From Alphaproteobacteria bacterium (GTDB lineage: Bacteria > Pseudomonadota > Alphaproteobacteria > UBA6615): a stretch of 64,000 nucleotides of DNA. The stretch spans positions 131,854 to 195,853 of the forward strand of contig JBDXCV010000009.1 of assembly GCA_039980135.1 (NCBI GenBank), read 5' to 3'. The notes under the pieces were generated by a model that worked only from the letters and a program-made list of their open reading frames with translations, did no database searches and had not been told where the DNA came from. Positions within the stretch are counted from its first letter, which is position 1. Every line of letters begins with the position of its first letter. Positions 28,566 to 40,048 of the stretch are shown one piece after another. Made by a program: the position numbers and the translations under genes.

Positions 28566-30611
28566 TCATCTGAGGGCAGCCTCGATGTTCCCGCCGTCCA
28601 CCGTCAGCACGGCGGCTGTTGTCTTGTCCGCCAGCGCCAAGTCAACAAACGCCTGCGCGACATCCTCGGCCCGGACTTCACGGCCGAGCAGGTTCCCTGC
28701 CAGATACGCCTCTTCCGACAGCCCCCGCGCATTCGACCTGGCGCGCACCATCTTGTCCGTCAGGAGGCCGCTACGAATCCGGTCGGCATTCACGGCGTTG
28801 GACCGTATGCCGTCAGCGCCATGATCAAGCGCGTACTGGCGCGAGAGGAAGAGCGTGGCGGCCTTCGGCAAGCCATACGGACCGAAATCCCTGCCCGGAT
28901 TAACAGCCTGCTTCGACGTGTTGAACAGCAACACGCCACCCGTGCCCTGGGCGCGCATGACCGCGGTCGACGCCTGGGCAACCCGCTGATGGGCAAAGAA
29001 ATTCAGCTCGAAACTCTCACGCAGGGTCTTCTCGTCGACATCACCGATCCGTCCCTGCCACGCCGCCCCGGCATTCGACACCAGGATATCGACCCCGCCG
29101 AAGCGTTCGCATACTGCCGCGAAGGCGCGCTTCACATCCGCATCCCGCGTCACGTCACAGGCAACGGCCAGGCCGCGCAACTCGTCGGCAAGAGGCCCGG
29201 TCACGCGCCGGTCCAAATCGAGAAGCGCCACGTCGGCGCCGGCGGCGGCGAAGGCGCGCGCGGTGGCCTGGCCAATAGCGCCCCCCGCCCCGGTGATCAC
29301 GACGATCCGGCGGGCGAGCGGCTTTTCCTTCGCCGAACCGAGTTTGGCCTGCTCGAGCGACCAGTGTTCGATCGCGAATGTCTCGGCTTCCGAAATCGAC
29401 CGGAACCGTCCGATCGCCTCGGCGTCGGTAATGACCTCGATATTGTTCTCGTACACATCCGCGGCCACGTCCGCCGCCCCGGCGTTCACGCCGGCGGCGA
29501 AGAAACCCAGCCCCGGCGCCAGCAACACGCGCGGCGCCGGGTCGAGCGGCGTGCGCGGGTCGGCCGGATCGTTCCGGCGTTTGAAGTAGCCGTGATAGGC
29601 GGTCTCGTAGCGGGCGATGGCCCTCGCCGCGCCGTTGAAAAACCCGTCCAGGTCGTCACGCACCGGCAGCGGCAGAATGACCGGCTTCGGCTTGATCCGG
29701 ATCGCGTGATCGGGTGTCACCGTACCCTGCTGGCTGTAGCGCTTCACGGCCGGGTCGGAGACAAACCGCCGGATCGCGGGACTGGTGCGGAATGTCATGA
29801 CGAACCGCACCGGGTCTTCCCCGCGCGCTTGCGCCAGCATGCCGCGGAGACGCGGGGCGATATCGGCCGCCTTCGCCACGCGAGGCGCATGGCGCGGCGG
29901 CGTAAACACAGGATTGCGCCGCCCGGTCTTCAGACGACGCTCGGCGAGGCTGACGAGTTCGACCATACGCCCATAGGCTTCCTCGGCACTTTCGCCGAAG
30001 GTGAAGATGCCATGCTTGAGCAGGATCAGGCCTTCGACCCCCGCGTGCTTCGCCTGAACCCGCGCGCAAGCCTTGGCCAGCGCGAAACCCGGCATGATGT
30101 AGGGCACCAGCGCGGCGCGATCGCCAAACAGGTCACGGCATATTTTTGCGCCGTCCGGCTGATCGGTCAGGGCCAGCACCGCAGTCGAATGCGTGTGATC
30201 GACAAACTTGTGCGGCAGAAACGCATGGAGCAGCGTCTCCACCGATGGATTTGGCGCCTTTGAATCGAGCAGATTGTGCCTCTGGACGTTGACCATCTCT
30301 TCGTCGCCCAGATGGTCCAGCCCGCGCAACGCACGCAACGGGTCGAGGCGTACGGCGGGCAGCCCCGGCGGCTCGATATCGCCCATATCCCAGCCGCTGC
30401 CTTTGACGCACAGCACATCAAGCTGCTCTCCGGTGATATCCGCCGCGACCGTCTTGACCGACGTGTTGCCACCGCCGTGCAATACCAGGCGCGGATCACC
30501 CCCCAGCAGGCGTGTCGTATAGACCCGCCGGGCAATATCCGCGTTCACCCCCTGCGCGCCATAGCGGCGGACAAACGCCCGGGCGTCGCGGTCGGACCAG
30601 AGATTTTTCAT
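28566..30611 (-). CDS. bifunctional class II aldolase (rhamnulose-1-phosphate aldolase-like) / short-chain dehydrogenase
   Basis: 681 aa. N-terminal class II aldolase/adducin domain fused to a C-terminal SDR domain (TGAGGAIG…NAGAA). Confidence 0.85.
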   Translation of the reverse strand: MKNLWSDRDARAFVRRYGAQGVNADIARRVYTTRLLGGDPRLVLHGGGNTSVKTVAADITGEQLDVLCVKGSGWDMGDIEPPGLPAVRLDPLRALRGLDHLGDEEMVNVQRHNLLDSKAPNPSVETLLHAFLPHKFVDHTHSTAVLALTDQPDGAKICRDLFGDRAALVPYIMPGFALAKACARVQAKHAGVEGLILLKHGIFTFGESAEEAYGRMVELVSLAERRLKTGRRNPVFTPPRHAPRVAKAADIAPRLRGMLAQARGEDPVRFVMTFRTSPAIRRFVSDPAVKRYSQQGTVTPDHAIRIKPKPVILPLPVRDDLDGFFNGAARAIARYETAYHGYFKRRNDPADPRTPLDPAPRVLLAPGLGFFAAGVNAGAADVAADVYENNIEVITDAEAIGRFRSISEAETFAIEHWSLEQAKLGSAKEKPLARRIVVITGAGGAIGQATARAFAAAGADVALLDLDRRVTGPLADELRGLAVACDVTRDADVKRAFAAVCERFGGVDILVSNAGAAWQGRIGDVDEKTLRESFELNFFAHQRVAQASTAVMRAQGTGGVLLFNTSKQAVNPGRDFGPYGLPKAATLFLSRQYALDHGADGIRSNAVNADRIRSGLLTDKMVRARSNARGLSEEAYLAGNLLGREVRAEDVAQAFVDLALADKTTAAVLTVDGGNIEAALR

Positions 30612-30659
30612 AATGGCGTTGCCCTGAACAGGTTGACCGGATTCGACTGCAAAAACCGA

Positions 30660-31547
30660 TTATAGGGCGTCGTACCAGGCGGCAAGCGCCTTGCCGATTT
30701 CATGGGGCGAATCTTCCTGGGGATGATGTCGCCCGCGCACGACCACCTCTTCAAAGTTCGACCAGGAACGAAATACCTCGAGGTCACGCTCGAAAACGAT
30801 CTGTCCGGGATCGACATTGATGAACAGTTTCGGGAGGTTGTTGGTCTGCATCCACGCCGAGAGGGTTTCCATCAGCGCGGCGACGTCGGCAGGATCGCCC
30901 TCGATCGGGATCTGGCGCGGCCAGGTAAGCGTCGCACGACGGCTCTCGCCGGGCTCTTTATAGGGGCGCCGTATCTCGGCCATCGTTTCTTCGTCGACGT
31001 CCCGAATGACGCCGGCGGTGAAGACCTTTTCGACGAAGAAATTCTCCTCCAGCACCAGCCGCTCGCCCTCTGCCGTCCGCAACATCTTGAGCATATCTCC
31101 CACGGCGTTGGGATAGTCGTCGTAGCTCTCATGGTTGCAGGCCAGGACCTCGCTATAGGCAAGCGCCTTGATCCTGTCCGCATGGCGATGTGCCCAGCTC
31201 ATGCCGAGGGGCCCGCCCCAGTCATGCATGACGAAGGTCACATTGTCGGTGACGCCGAGCGCATCGAGCGCGCCGTCGATGTAGGTCTGGTGCTCGGCCA
31301 GCGTGTAGCTGCCGGGACCGGAATCTGGCAGCCGCGCGGAATCGCCCTGGCCGATATTGTCGATCGCGATCAGCCGGCCCCGGCCTTCCATGTGGGGCAT
31401 GATATTGCGCCACATATAGGACGAGGTGGCGTTGCCGTGGAGAAACACAATGGGATCCCCGGTTCCGTGCTCGGCGTAGGCCATTTTCTGGCCGTTCACC
31501 TCGACGAAGGCCTTCGCGTAGGGCATGCGCGGGCTGATTTCATTCAT
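30660..31547 (-). CDS. haloalkane dehalogenase (DhaA/LinB subfamily, alpha/beta hydrolase)
   Basis: HGNATSSYMWRNI subfamily-II motif. Nucleophile elbow VMHDWGG. 295 aa. Confidence 0.85.
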   Translation of the reverse strand: MNEISPRMPYAKAFVEVNGQKMAYAEHGTGDPIVFLHGNATSSYMWRNIMPHMEGRGRLIAIDNIGQGDSARLPDSGPGSYTLAEHQTYIDGALDALGVTDNVTFVMHDWGGPLGMSWAHRHADRIKALAYSEVLACNHESYDDYPNAVGDMLKMLRTAEGERLVLEENFFVEKVFTAGVIRDVDEETMAEIRRPYKEPGESRRATLTWPRQIPIEGDPADVAALMETLSAWMQTNNLPKLFINVDPGQIVFERDLEVFRSWSNFEEVVVRGRHHPQEDSPHEIGKALAAWYDAL

Positions 31548-31580
31548 ATTGATGTCCTTACCGGGTCCTTGCTGGCGCGT

Positions 31581-32468
31581 TCAGATTGCAGCGTACCATT
31601 TCGCGAGCCCCTGGCCGATCTCATCGGGTGAATCTTCCTGGGGATGATGCAGCCCCCGCACCTTGATTCGTGACTGGTTCGTCCAGCTGTTGATGATGTC
31701 GAGGTCACGATCGACGATGATCTGGCCGGGGTCCGCCTCGATGAAGAGCTTGGGGCAGTCGATCGTACCGACCCATGCCGACAGCCTTTCCGACAGCGCC
31801 GCGACGAATGCGGGTTTGCCGCCGATCGGAATCTGCCGCACCCATGACAGGGTCGGGCGGCGAGCCTCGCCGGGCGCTTCATACGGGCGACGGATTTCGG
31901 CCATCGTCGCGGCATCGACCTCGCGGATCACGCCGCCGGTAAAGACATTCTCGACAAAAAAATTGTCTTCGAGGACCAGCGCCTCCCCGTCCGGTCCCTG
32001 CGCACGCTTCACCCGTTCACCGTGCCCGTCGGTATAGGAATCGTAGCTCGCATGGTTGGCGACCACGATCTCGCAATGGGCCAGACCCTTGATCGCATCC
32101 GGGTGCCGTTCGGCCCAGGACAGGCCCAGCGTGCCGCCCCAGTCATGCATTACCAGGGTGACGTCTTTTTCGACACCGAGTGCGGCGAACGCCCCGTCGA
32201 TATAGATCTGGTGCTCCGGGATCATGTAGCTGTCCGGCCCACTGTCGGGCAACTTGTCGGAATCGCCCTGACCAATATTGTCGATTGCGATCAGGCGCCC
32301 CAACCCTTCGAGATGGGGCATGATGTTGCGCCACATGTAGGACGAGGTCGCGTTGCCATGCATGAAGACAATCGGGTCGCCAACCCCCTCATCCACATAG
32401 GCCATGCGGCGGCCATTCACTTCGATGAATTTCTTCGCGTACGGCATTCGCGCGCTGATATCGGTCAT
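31581..32468 (-). CDS. haloalkane dehalogenase, tandem paralog
   Basis: Collinear with, and close to, 30660–31547 (HGNATSSYMWRNIMPH, VMHDWGG). Start at ATG 32468 behind GAGGGGG. The ORF track extends to 32543. Confidence 0.85.
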   Translation of the reverse strand: MTDISARMPYAKKFIEVNGRRMAYVDEGVGDPIVFMHGNATSSYMWRNIMPHLEGLGRLIAIDNIGQGDSDKLPDSGPDSYMIPEHQIYIDGAFAALGVEKDVTLVMHDWGGTLGLSWAERHPDAIKGLAHCEIVVANHASYDSYTDGHGERVKRAQGPDGEALVLEDNFFVENVFTGGVIREVDAATMAEIRRPYEAPGEARRPTLSWVRQIPIGGKPAFVAALSERLSAWVGTIDCPKLFIEADPGQIIVDRDLDIINSWTNQSRIKVRGLHHPQEDSPDEIGQGLAKWYAAI

Positions 32469-32614
32469 GTTCCCCCTCGATCCGAGCACCGGTTTCCCGA
32501 CAATATGCGCGGATGGAGCGACGGGTCCAAGCGCAGCTGCCATGCATGTTATCGGACGCTCGCCGGCGTCGCTGTCGTGTTAACCTGAAGAACCTGCAGC
32601 CAAGCCGATTCTTC

Positions 32615-33028
32615 ATGACCGAACACCTCCACCACACGCATCTGTTCTGCTCGAACATCGACGAGACCATCGCCTGGTGGTGCGGGATGCTCGGTGCCGA
32701 GATCGCATTCGACGGTGATTTCGGCGGTGCGCGCAACGTGTTCATTCGGCTTGGGTCGGGCCGCCTTCACCTCTATGCGCAAGCACCGCGCGACGCCGGC
32801 AAGGGTGCTGTGCATCACATCGGTATTCGTACAGACAATCTAGAGGCGCTCGAAGCGCGGCTGCGTGCCAGCGGCATCGCGTTCCGCAGTGACATCCGCG
32901 ATTTCGGCGCCTGGAAATACATCATGTGCCCGGCCCCGGACGGCGTGCTGCTGGAGTTGTTCCAGGCCGACACCGAAAAGCTCGACGGCGACGCCGCCAG
33001 ATACTTCAGCGACTGGCTCGACGGCTGA
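32615..33028 (+). CDS. VOC family (glyoxalase/bleomycin-resistance/dioxygenase fold) protein
   Basis: About 137 aa. HTHLFCSNIDETIAWW… matches the VOC fold. Confidence 0.7.
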   Translation: MTEHLHHTHLFCSNIDETIAWWCGMLGAEIAFDGDFGGARNVFIRLGSGRLHLYAQAPRDAGKGAVHHIGIRTDNLEALEARLRASGIAFRSDIRDFGAWKYIMCPAPDGVLLELFQADTEKLDGDAARYFSDWLDG

Positions 33029-33036
33029 CCACGCGC

Positions 33037-34236
33037 ATGTCCAGCACATCATCCGACAACGTCATCCCGCCGATCTTCTTCCTCGGCTTTCTCGCCGCTA
33101 TAGGGCCGCTGGCCCTGAGCATCCACGTCCAGTCGATCCCGGCCATCTCGGCGGCGTTCGGCACGCCCTATGCCCAGGCTCAGCTGACCGTCTCGGCGTT
33201 CCTGATGAGCTTCGCCGCCGCGCAGCTGATCGTCGGGCCCCTGTCCGACCGTTTCGGCCGGAAGCCGGTCTTGTATGGCGGTTTGCTGCTGTTTGGCCTC
33301 GCGAGTGCCGGCGCGGCCATGGCCAACAGTATCGAGGTGCTCATCGTCGCGCGCATATTGCAGGGTGCGGGGGGCTGCGCCACCCTGGTCGTGCCGCGCG
33401 CGGTCGTTCAGGACACCCATCGCGGCGTCGATGCCGCGCGGGTCATGGCGTTTGTGGCCATGCTGCAATCCACCGCGCCATCGATCGCACCCGTGCTGGG
33501 CGGCGGGATCGATGCCCTGATCGACTGGCGATGGATCTTCTGGTTTTTGACCATATTGGCTGCGCTGGCGGCGCTCGGCGCGAGTTACTGGCTGCGTGAA
33601 ACCCGACCTCTCACGGGCGGCCAGCCCAATGGTTGGGGCACGATATTCCTGCGTTACGCACAGTTGTTTCGCTCGCGCCTTTATATCGGCTACACGATTG
33701 CCTTCACCTTTGGGACATCGGGATTTTTCGGTTTTCTCGCGGTGGGGCCGGCCCTGCTCATCGAAACGCGCGGGCTCGACCCGATCTGGTTCAGCGTCTG
33801 TCTGACGCTGGTTACGTCCCAGTTCGTACTCGGCAACTACACGGCCAGCCGCCTCGTGCGCCGGTTTGGCATCGACCGGGTGCTGGTCGCGGGCGTGATC
33901 GGTGAAATCGTCGCGGGCTTGATATTATTCGGACTGTCCGGTCAGGCGGCAATCGCAGCCGTCGTCGGGCCGGTGATGCTCTACTCCTATTTCAACGGCT
34001 ATATCTTCGCCAACGGGATTGCCGGCGGGACGGGCGTCGATCCGCGCGTCGCAGGCTCCGCCTCGTCGTTCCTGGGTTTCACCCAACTCGGAACAGGGGC
34101 CGCAATCGCCTTCGTCATGAGCCGTCTGCCGCTCGATACCATTCTGCCTTACGCGATTACCCTGATCATCGTCAGCGCCCTGGCCGGTGCGGGCATGATG
34201 CTGGTGCGCACGGCGCGGCAGCCGGCCTCGTCGTAA
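33037..34236 (+). CDS. MFS transporter, Bcr/CflA drug-resistance subfamily
   Basis: 12-TM MFS. Contains the GPLSDRFGRKPV MFS motif. ATG at 33037. The ORF track extends upstream. Confidence 0.8.
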   Translation: MSSTSSDNVIPPIFFLGFLAAIGPLALSIHVQSIPAISAAFGTPYAQAQLTVSAFLMSFAAAQLIVGPLSDRFGRKPVLYGGLLLFGLASAGAAMANSIEVLIVARILQGAGGCATLVVPRAVVQDTHRGVDAARVMAFVAMLQSTAPSIAPVLGGGIDALIDWRWIFWFLTILAALAALGASYWLRETRPLTGGQPNGWGTIFLRYAQLFRSRLYIGYTIAFTFGTSGFFGFLAVGPALLIETRGLDPIWFSVCLTLVTSQFVLGNYTASRLVRRFGIDRVLVAGVIGEIVAGLILFGLSGQAAIAAVVGPVMLYSYFNGYIFANGIAGGTGVDPRVAGSASSFLGFTQLGTGAAIAFVMSRLPLDTILPYAITLIIVSALAGAGMMLVRTARQPASS

Positions 34237-34309
34237 ACAAAAGGGCCCCATAGACGAAAAAGGCCCGCAGTGCGAACACCACGGGCCTCCTCTCCTCAAC
34301 CTGACCAGA

Positions 34310-35641
34310 TCAGAACTGTTCGGCCTCGGTTGAACCCGCCATGGCGGTTGTCGATGCCTGACCGGCCGAAATCGCCGTCGAGACCGCATCGAAGTAGGAG
34401 GTGCCGACCTCGCGCTGATGGCGCGTCGCCGAGTAGCCTTCCTCTTCCGCCGCGAACTCCTGCTCCTGCAGCCGGGAATAGGCGGCCATCCCCTCGTCGG
34501 CATAGGACCGGGCGAGGCGGAAAGTCGCGTAGTTCAGGCTGTGGAAGCCGGCGAGCGTCACGAACTGGAACTTGTAGCCCATCGCCGCGATCTCGCGCTG
34601 GAAGTGGCGCATATCGTCGGCATCGAGATGTTTCGCCCAGTTGAACGACGGTGAACAGTTGTAGGCCAGCATCTGATCGGGATACTCGGCCTTGATCGCT
34701 TCGGCATAGCGCCGCGCCTCATCCAGGTTCGGGGTCGCCGTCTCGCACCAGATGAGATCGGCATATGGCGCATAGGACAGGCCGCGCGCAATAGCGCAGT
34801 CAAGGCCGCCGGTGATCCGGTAAAATCCCTCCGACGTGCGTTCACCCGTCAGGAACGGGCGATCGCGTTCATCGATATCGCTTGTGATCAGCTGTGCCGC
34901 GTTGGCGTCCGTGCGCGCCATGATGATGGTCGGGACCCCCTGCACGTCTGCCGCCAGGCGGGCCGCATTGAGCGTGCGGATGAACGTGGCCGTCGGGACC
35001 AGGACCTTGCCGCCGAGATGGCCGCATTTCTTCTCCGATGCCAATTGGTCCTCGAAATGGACGCCGGCCGCACCCGCCTCGATCATCGCCTTCATCAGTT
35101 CGAAAGCATTCAGGGAACCGCCGAAGCCCGCTTCCGCGTCGGCGATGATCGGCGCGAAGAAATTGAGGTCGGTCGACGCTTCACCGTCGGCATGTTCCAT
35201 CTGCTGCACCTGATCGGCACGCTGGAACGCCTGGTTGATGCGCTTGACCACCGCGGGAACGCTGTCCACCGGATAGAGGCTCTGGTCGGGATACATCTGG
35301 CCGGACGAGTTGGCATCTGCAGCGACCTGCCAGCCGGACAGGTAGATGGCCTTGAGCCCGGCCCGAATGTGCTGGACCGCCTGATTGCCGGTATACGCGC
35401 CCAGGGTCGGGACGAACTCCTCTTCCGCGAGCAGCTTCCAAAGACGCGCCGCCCCCTGATCGGCCAGCGTGTGGGCGATGCGTACCGACCCGCTGAGCCG
35501 GGCGACATCGGCCTGTGTGTAATCGCGGCGAATGCCGTTCCAGCGGTCGGCCGCCCAGTCCGGGGCGGGCCAGGCCTCCGTCTCCGGGGACAGGCCTTCG
35601 GGTTGGTTGGGCATGAGGGTCAAATCGTCAGGCATCGTCAT
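34310..35641 (-). CDS. aceA: isocitrate lyase
   Basis: KKCGHLGGK active-site signature. Start placed at ATG 35641 (MTMPDDL) behind GGAG. The ORF track over-extends to 36553. Confidence 0.9.
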   Translation of the reverse strand: MTMPDDLTLMPNQPEGLSPETEAWPAPDWAADRWNGIRRDYTQADVARLSGSVRIAHTLADQGAARLWKLLAEEEFVPTLGAYTGNQAVQHIRAGLKAIYLSGWQVAADANSSGQMYPDQSLYPVDSVPAVVKRINQAFQRADQVQQMEHADGEASTDLNFFAPIIADAEAGFGGSLNAFELMKAMIEAGAAGVHFEDQLASEKKCGHLGGKVLVPTATFIRTLNAARLAADVQGVPTIIMARTDANAAQLITSDIDERDRPFLTGERTSEGFYRITGGLDCAIARGLSYAPYADLIWCETATPNLDEARRYAEAIKAEYPDQMLAYNCSPSFNWAKHLDADDMRHFQREIAAMGYKFQFVTLAGFHSLNYATFRLARSYADEGMAAYSRLQEQEFAAEEEGYSATRHQREVGTSYFDAVSTAISAGQASTTAMAGSTEAEQF

Positions 35642-35806
35642 CTCCGTCTTTTCGCTTGGTGTGTACAATCTCGGTTTCGATTGATGTGAAGAATTGACAA
35701 TGCATGTGCGAAACGCAATAAATATATGAAATACAATGTGATAAGATGTAATTTTTTGTAAAGTTATTGCGCTGCAACTGAAAACAGAGTCAATCGCGAG
35801 CCTCAG

Positions 35807-37258
35807 ATGACAAGCCTCGAAACCGCACAATCCGACAAACCCCAGATGGGCGGACGCGTCCGTCGATTGCGCCGGCAGCAGGGCCTGAGCCAGGCCGCGT
35901 TGGCCACCGAACTGGGCATATCCGCGAGCTATCTGAACCTGATCGAACACAACCGGCGCAATGTGACCGTGCCGTTGCTGATCAAACTGGCGGAACGGTT
36001 CGAGCTCGAGTTGAGCGATATCGCTGACGGCGACGAGGGGCGGCTCAATGCCGACCTGATGGAGGCCTTCGGCGACGATCTGTTCGGGGATCTGGACCTC
36101 ACCAACGCCGACGTCCGTGACCTGGTCACGTCCAACGCAACCGTCGCACGGGCCATTCTGGCGCTCTATGACGGGTACCGGAACCTGCGCAACGATGCCG
36201 AGATCACGGTGCCCGGCGAAACCGGTCTCGACGCGCGGCCGAGCGACAGGCTGCCGAGCGAACAGGTGTCGGACTTTCTGCAGGCGCGCGCGAACTATTT
36301 CCCGGAGCTCGAAGAAGCCGCCAAACGGGTCAACGAGGACGCGTCCCTGTCCGGCGAAGACCCCCTGGTGGCCATGACCGCCTTCCTGTCCAACACCTTC
36401 GGTGTCCGGGTGTCCAATTCGACCGCGACACAGGCGCATCTGGTGCGCCGGTTCGACCCCGATAAACGCACCCTCGAATTGTCGAACATGCTGCGCGCCG
36501 ACAGCCGGAATTTTCAGGCGGCGCACCAGATCGGCCTGCTCGCCGCCGAACATGACCTGGACGCCCTGATCGACGAGGGGGATTTCACCGACGACGATGC
36601 CCGAACACTGGCCCGCATCGCGCTCGCCAATTATTTCGCCGGCGCCCTATTAATGCCCTACGGCCCCTTCCTCAAGGCGGCGAAGAACCTGCGCTACGAT
36701 GTGGAGCTCCTGCAGCATCAGTTCGGTGTCAGCTTCGAACAGGCCTGTCATCGCCTGACCAACCTGCAGCGGCCCGGCCATCGGGGAGTCCCATTGCATT
36801 TTCTGCGCGCCGACATCGCCGGCAACATCTCCAAGCGATTCTCGCTGTCGGGAATCCATATTCCCCGCCATGGCGGCGCCTGCCCGCGCTGGAACGTACA
36901 TGCGGCATTCCTCCAGCCCGGGACAATCAATGTCCAGATTTCCCAGATGCCCGACGGCGCGACCTTCTTCTGCATCGCCCGCACGGTGTTGAAGGCCACG
37001 GGCGGTTATGGCCAGCCGCGCAGTTACCAGGCCATCGGCATGGGCTGCGAGATCGATCATGCCTCGAACCTGGTCTACGCGGACGGGATCGACCTCGAGC
37101 GGCCCGAGCGGACGATCCCGATCGGCATCTCGTGCCGGATATGTCCGCGCATGGATTGCGCCCAGCGCGCGTTTCCGCCCGTCGCGCATGCACTCGCAAC
37201 CGACATCAACGCGCGCGGTGTATCGGCCTATGTCTCGGCGGCGGAAAACGACGCCTAG
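35807..37258 (+). CDS. XRE-family transcriptional regulator with ImmA/IrrE-like metallopeptidase domain (RamB/ScfR-like short-chain fatty acyl-CoA regulator)
   Basis: N-terminal HTH_XRE ([32 protein letters not shown]) plus a DUF955/DUF2083-like C-terminus. Located between aceA and glcB, as RamB-type regulators often are. Confidence 0.75.
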   Translation: MTSLETAQSDKPQMGGRVRRLRRQQGLSQAALATELGISASYLNLIEHNRRNVTVPLLIKLAERFELELSDIADGDEGRLNADLMEAFGDDLFGDLDLTNADVRDLVTSNATVARAILALYDGYRNLRNDAEITVPGETGLDARPSDRLPSEQVSDFLQARANYFPELEEAAKRVNEDASLSGEDPLVAMTAFLSNTFGVRVSNSTATQAHLVRRFDPDKRTLELSNMLRADSRNFQAAHQIGLLAAEHDLDALIDEGDFTDDDARTLARIALANYFAGALLMPYGPFLKAAKNLRYDVELLQHQFGVSFEQACHRLTNLQRPGHRGVPLHFLRADIAGNISKRFSLSGIHIPRHGGACPRWNVHAAFLQPGTINVQISQMPDGATFFCIARTVLKATGGYGQPRSYQAIGMGCEIDHASNLVYADGIDLERPERTIPIGISCRICPRMDCAQRAFPPVAHALATDINARGVSAYVSAAENDA

Positions 37259-37266
37259 AACGCCCG

Positions 37267-39444
37267 CTAGCCGCCGAACTTGGCCTTCGCCTCGATACGC
37301 CGCGCGTGCAGGATAGGCTCGGTGTAGCCATTCGGCTGGGCCAGCCCCTTGAAGACCAGGTCGCAGGCTGCCTGGAAGGCGATCGATCCGTCGAAATCCG
37401 CCGCCATCGGGCGATAACGCGGGTCGCCTGCATTCTGTTCGTCGACCACGCCGGCCATCCGCTTCATGGTCTCGATGACCTGTTCTTCCGACGCGATGCC
37501 GTGATGCAGCCAGTTGGCGATGTGCTGCGATGAAATGCGCAAGGTAGCGCGATCTTCCATCAGCCCGACATCATTGATGTCCGGCACCGTGGAACAGCCA
37601 ACACCCTGATCAATCCAGCGGACCACATAGCCCAGAATACCCTGGGCATTGTTGTCGAGCTCGGCCTGGATATCGGATTCCGGCCAGTTCGGCCGGTCGG
37701 CGACAGGGATCGACAGGATATCGTCCAGGCTGGCCCGGCCGCGGGACTTTAGCTCCGCCTGGCGCGCGGCGACATCGACCTCATGGTAGTGCATCGCATG
37801 TAGCGTCGCCGCGGTCGGCGACGGCACCCAGGCGGTGTTCGCACCAGCCATCGGGTGGCCGATCTTCTGCTCCATCATGTCTGCCATGCGGTCCGGCATG
37901 GCCCACATGCCCTTGCCGATCTGGGCGTGGCCCGGCAGGCCGCATTCCAGCCCGATATCGACGTTCCAGTCCTCATAGGACTGGATCCACGGGGCGGCCT
38001 TCATGTCGCCCTTGCGGATCATGGCGCCGGCTTCCATCGAGGTGTGCATCTCGTCGCCGGTCCGGTCGAGGAAGCCCGTGTTGATGAAGAACACCCGGTT
38101 CTTGGTCGCCCGAATGCATTCCTTGAGGTTGACGGTGGTACGCCGCTCCTCGTCCATGATGCCGACCTTGAGGGTATAACGTTCGAGCCCGAGTTCATCC
38201 TCGATCCGGCCGAACAACTCATTGGTGAATGCCGCCTCTTCAGGGCCATGCATCTTGGGCTTCACGATGTAGATCGAACCGGTCCGGCTGTTGGCGTAAG
38301 AGCTGTTGCCCTTGATGTCATGCATCGCCATCAGCGCGGAGAAGATACCGTCGAGAATGCCTTCGAAGGCTTGATTGCCATCCTTGTCGAGAACCATGCC
38401 GTTGGTCGTCAGATGGCCGACATTGCGGACCAGCATCAGCGAACGACCATGGAGCGTCAGCGTACTGCCGTCGGGTTGTGTATAGACGCGGTCCTTTTCC
38501 ATCTTGCGCGAGGCCGGTAGGCCAGCCTTCTGAAACTTCGCAACCAGGTTGCCCTTGTTCAGCCCGAGCCAGTTCCGGTAGGCGAGCACCTTGTCCTGTG
38601 CGTCCACCGTCGAGACCGAATCTTCGAAGTCCATGATCGTCGTAATCGCGGATTCGAGCATCACACCCTCGATCCCGGCGGGATCGTGCCGGCCGATCAG
38701 GCTGCCAGCATCGATCATGATCTCCAGGTGAAGGTTGTTGTGAACCAGGAGGATGGCCGACGGCGCATCCGCATTCCCCCTGTAACCGGCAAATCCCTTG
38801 GGGTCCTTGAGGCCCGTGGTCGATCCATCGGCCAGGGTCACGGAAAGCGCACCATCGACAAGCGCATAGCCCATGGAATCCGCATGGGACCCAGCCTCCA
38901 GCGGCGCAGCTTCGTCGAGCAGCGCACGCGCCCGGGCGATGACCTTCGCACCACGGGTCGGGTTATAGAGCTTGCCCGGTTCCGCGCCGCCATCGTCGGA
39001 GACGACGTCGGTGCCATAGATTGCGTCATACAGTCTGCCCCAGCGGGCATTCACCGCGTTCAGCGCGTAGCGCGAGATGGTAATCGGAACCACCAGTTGC
39101 GGGCCGGCGATTGTCGAGATTTCCGTATCCACATTAGCGGTCTCGACGGTGAAGGCATCACCCTCGGGCACCAGATAGTCAATTTCTTCCAGGAACGCGC
39201 GATAGGCCGCCGGATCGAATTCCTTGTCGCGGTTCGCCTTGTGCCAGGCATCGATCTGACTCTGCAGTGCGTCGCGCTTTTCCAGTAGCTCGCGATTGCG
39301 CGGGCCCAAATCATTCACGATTTCATCGACAGAGGCCCAGAAGGCATCGGGCTCGATGCCGGTTCCCGGCACCGCCTCATCATTGATGAAGTTATAGAGT
39401 TCGCCGGCAACCTGGATATTGCCCACCTGGACCATTTCACTCAT
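37267..39444 (-). CDS. glcB: malate synthase G
   Basis: 725 aa. Collinear with malate synthase G ([21 protein letters not shown]…). Confidence 0.9.
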   Translation of the reverse strand: MSEMVQVGNIQVAGELYNFINDEAVPGTGIEPDAFWASVDEIVNDLGPRNRELLEKRDALQSQIDAWHKANRDKEFDPAAYRAFLEEIDYLVPEGDAFTVETANVDTEISTIAGPQLVVPITISRYALNAVNARWGRLYDAIYGTDVVSDDGGAEPGKLYNPTRGAKVIARARALLDEAAPLEAGSHADSMGYALVDGALSVTLADGSTTGLKDPKGFAGYRGNADAPSAILLVHNNLHLEIMIDAGSLIGRHDPAGIEGVMLESAITTIMDFEDSVSTVDAQDKVLAYRNWLGLNKGNLVAKFQKAGLPASRKMEKDRVYTQPDGSTLTLHGRSLMLVRNVGHLTTNGMVLDKDGNQAFEGILDGIFSALMAMHDIKGNSSYANSRTGSIYIVKPKMHGPEEAAFTNELFGRIEDELGLERYTLKVGIMDEERRTTVNLKECIRATKNRVFFINTGFLDRTGDEMHTSMEAGAMIRKGDMKAAPWIQSYEDWNVDIGLECGLPGHAQIGKGMWAMPDRMADMMEQKIGHPMAGANTAWVPSPTAATLHAMHYHEVDVAARQAELKSRGRASLDDILSIPVADRPNWPESDIQAELDNNAQGILGYVVRWIDQGVGCSTVPDINDVGLMEDRATLRISSQHIANWLHHGIASEEQVIETMKRMAGVVDEQNAGDPRYRPMAADFDGSIAFQAACDLVFKGLAQPNGYTEPILHARRIEAKAKFGG

Positions 39445-39631
39445 GACACTCGCCCCTATGACGTATCTGCTGTTGAATGTTCTGAATTTCCGCCCCGGTC
39501 GGGGCGATCAATGAATTCCGTCCCTGAATAGCACGAAACAGGGGTATGGATTCGAGTCCCGATCGTGTTCATTCGCTATATTCTCTTTCAAACAGTTTGC
39601 GAAAATTCGCCAGGCCACCAAGGGACCAACA

Positions 39632-40042
39632 ATGATTACCAAGGGCATCAAGGAACTCTGCGCCGAAGCCGAGCAGGAGATCGAGACCATGACCGTCGAG
39701 CAGGTCATGGCGGTACAGGACGACGAAGAAGTCGTACTGGTCGATATCCGCGACATTCGCGAGCTGTGGCGCGACGGCACGATCCCCGGCGCCCAGCATA
39801 TGCCCCGCGGCATGCTCGAATTCTGGGTCGACCCGGAAAGCCCCTACCACCGGGAACTCTTCACCTCCGGCAAGAAGTTCATCTTCTACTGCGCGGGCGG
39901 GCTGCGCTCGGCGCTGGCGGCGAAAGCTGTGCACGATATGGGCCTCGCCCCGGTGGCGCACATGCGCGGCGGCTACGGCGCCTGGGTCAAGGCCGAGGGC
40001 CCGACCGAGGAAAAAGACGTCAAGATTCCCGAGAAGAAATAG
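39632..40042 (+). CDS. rhodanese-like sulfurtransferase domain protein
   Basis: Active-site loop CAGGLRS. 136 aa. Confidence 0.8.
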   Translation: MITKGIKELCAEAEQEIETMTVEQVMAVQDDEEVVLVDIRDIRELWRDGTIPGAQHMPRGMLEFWVDPESPYHRELFTSGKKFIFYCAGGLRSALAAKAVHDMGLAPVAHMRGGYGAWVKAEGPTEEKDVKIPEKK

Positions 40043-40048
40043 ACGGCG

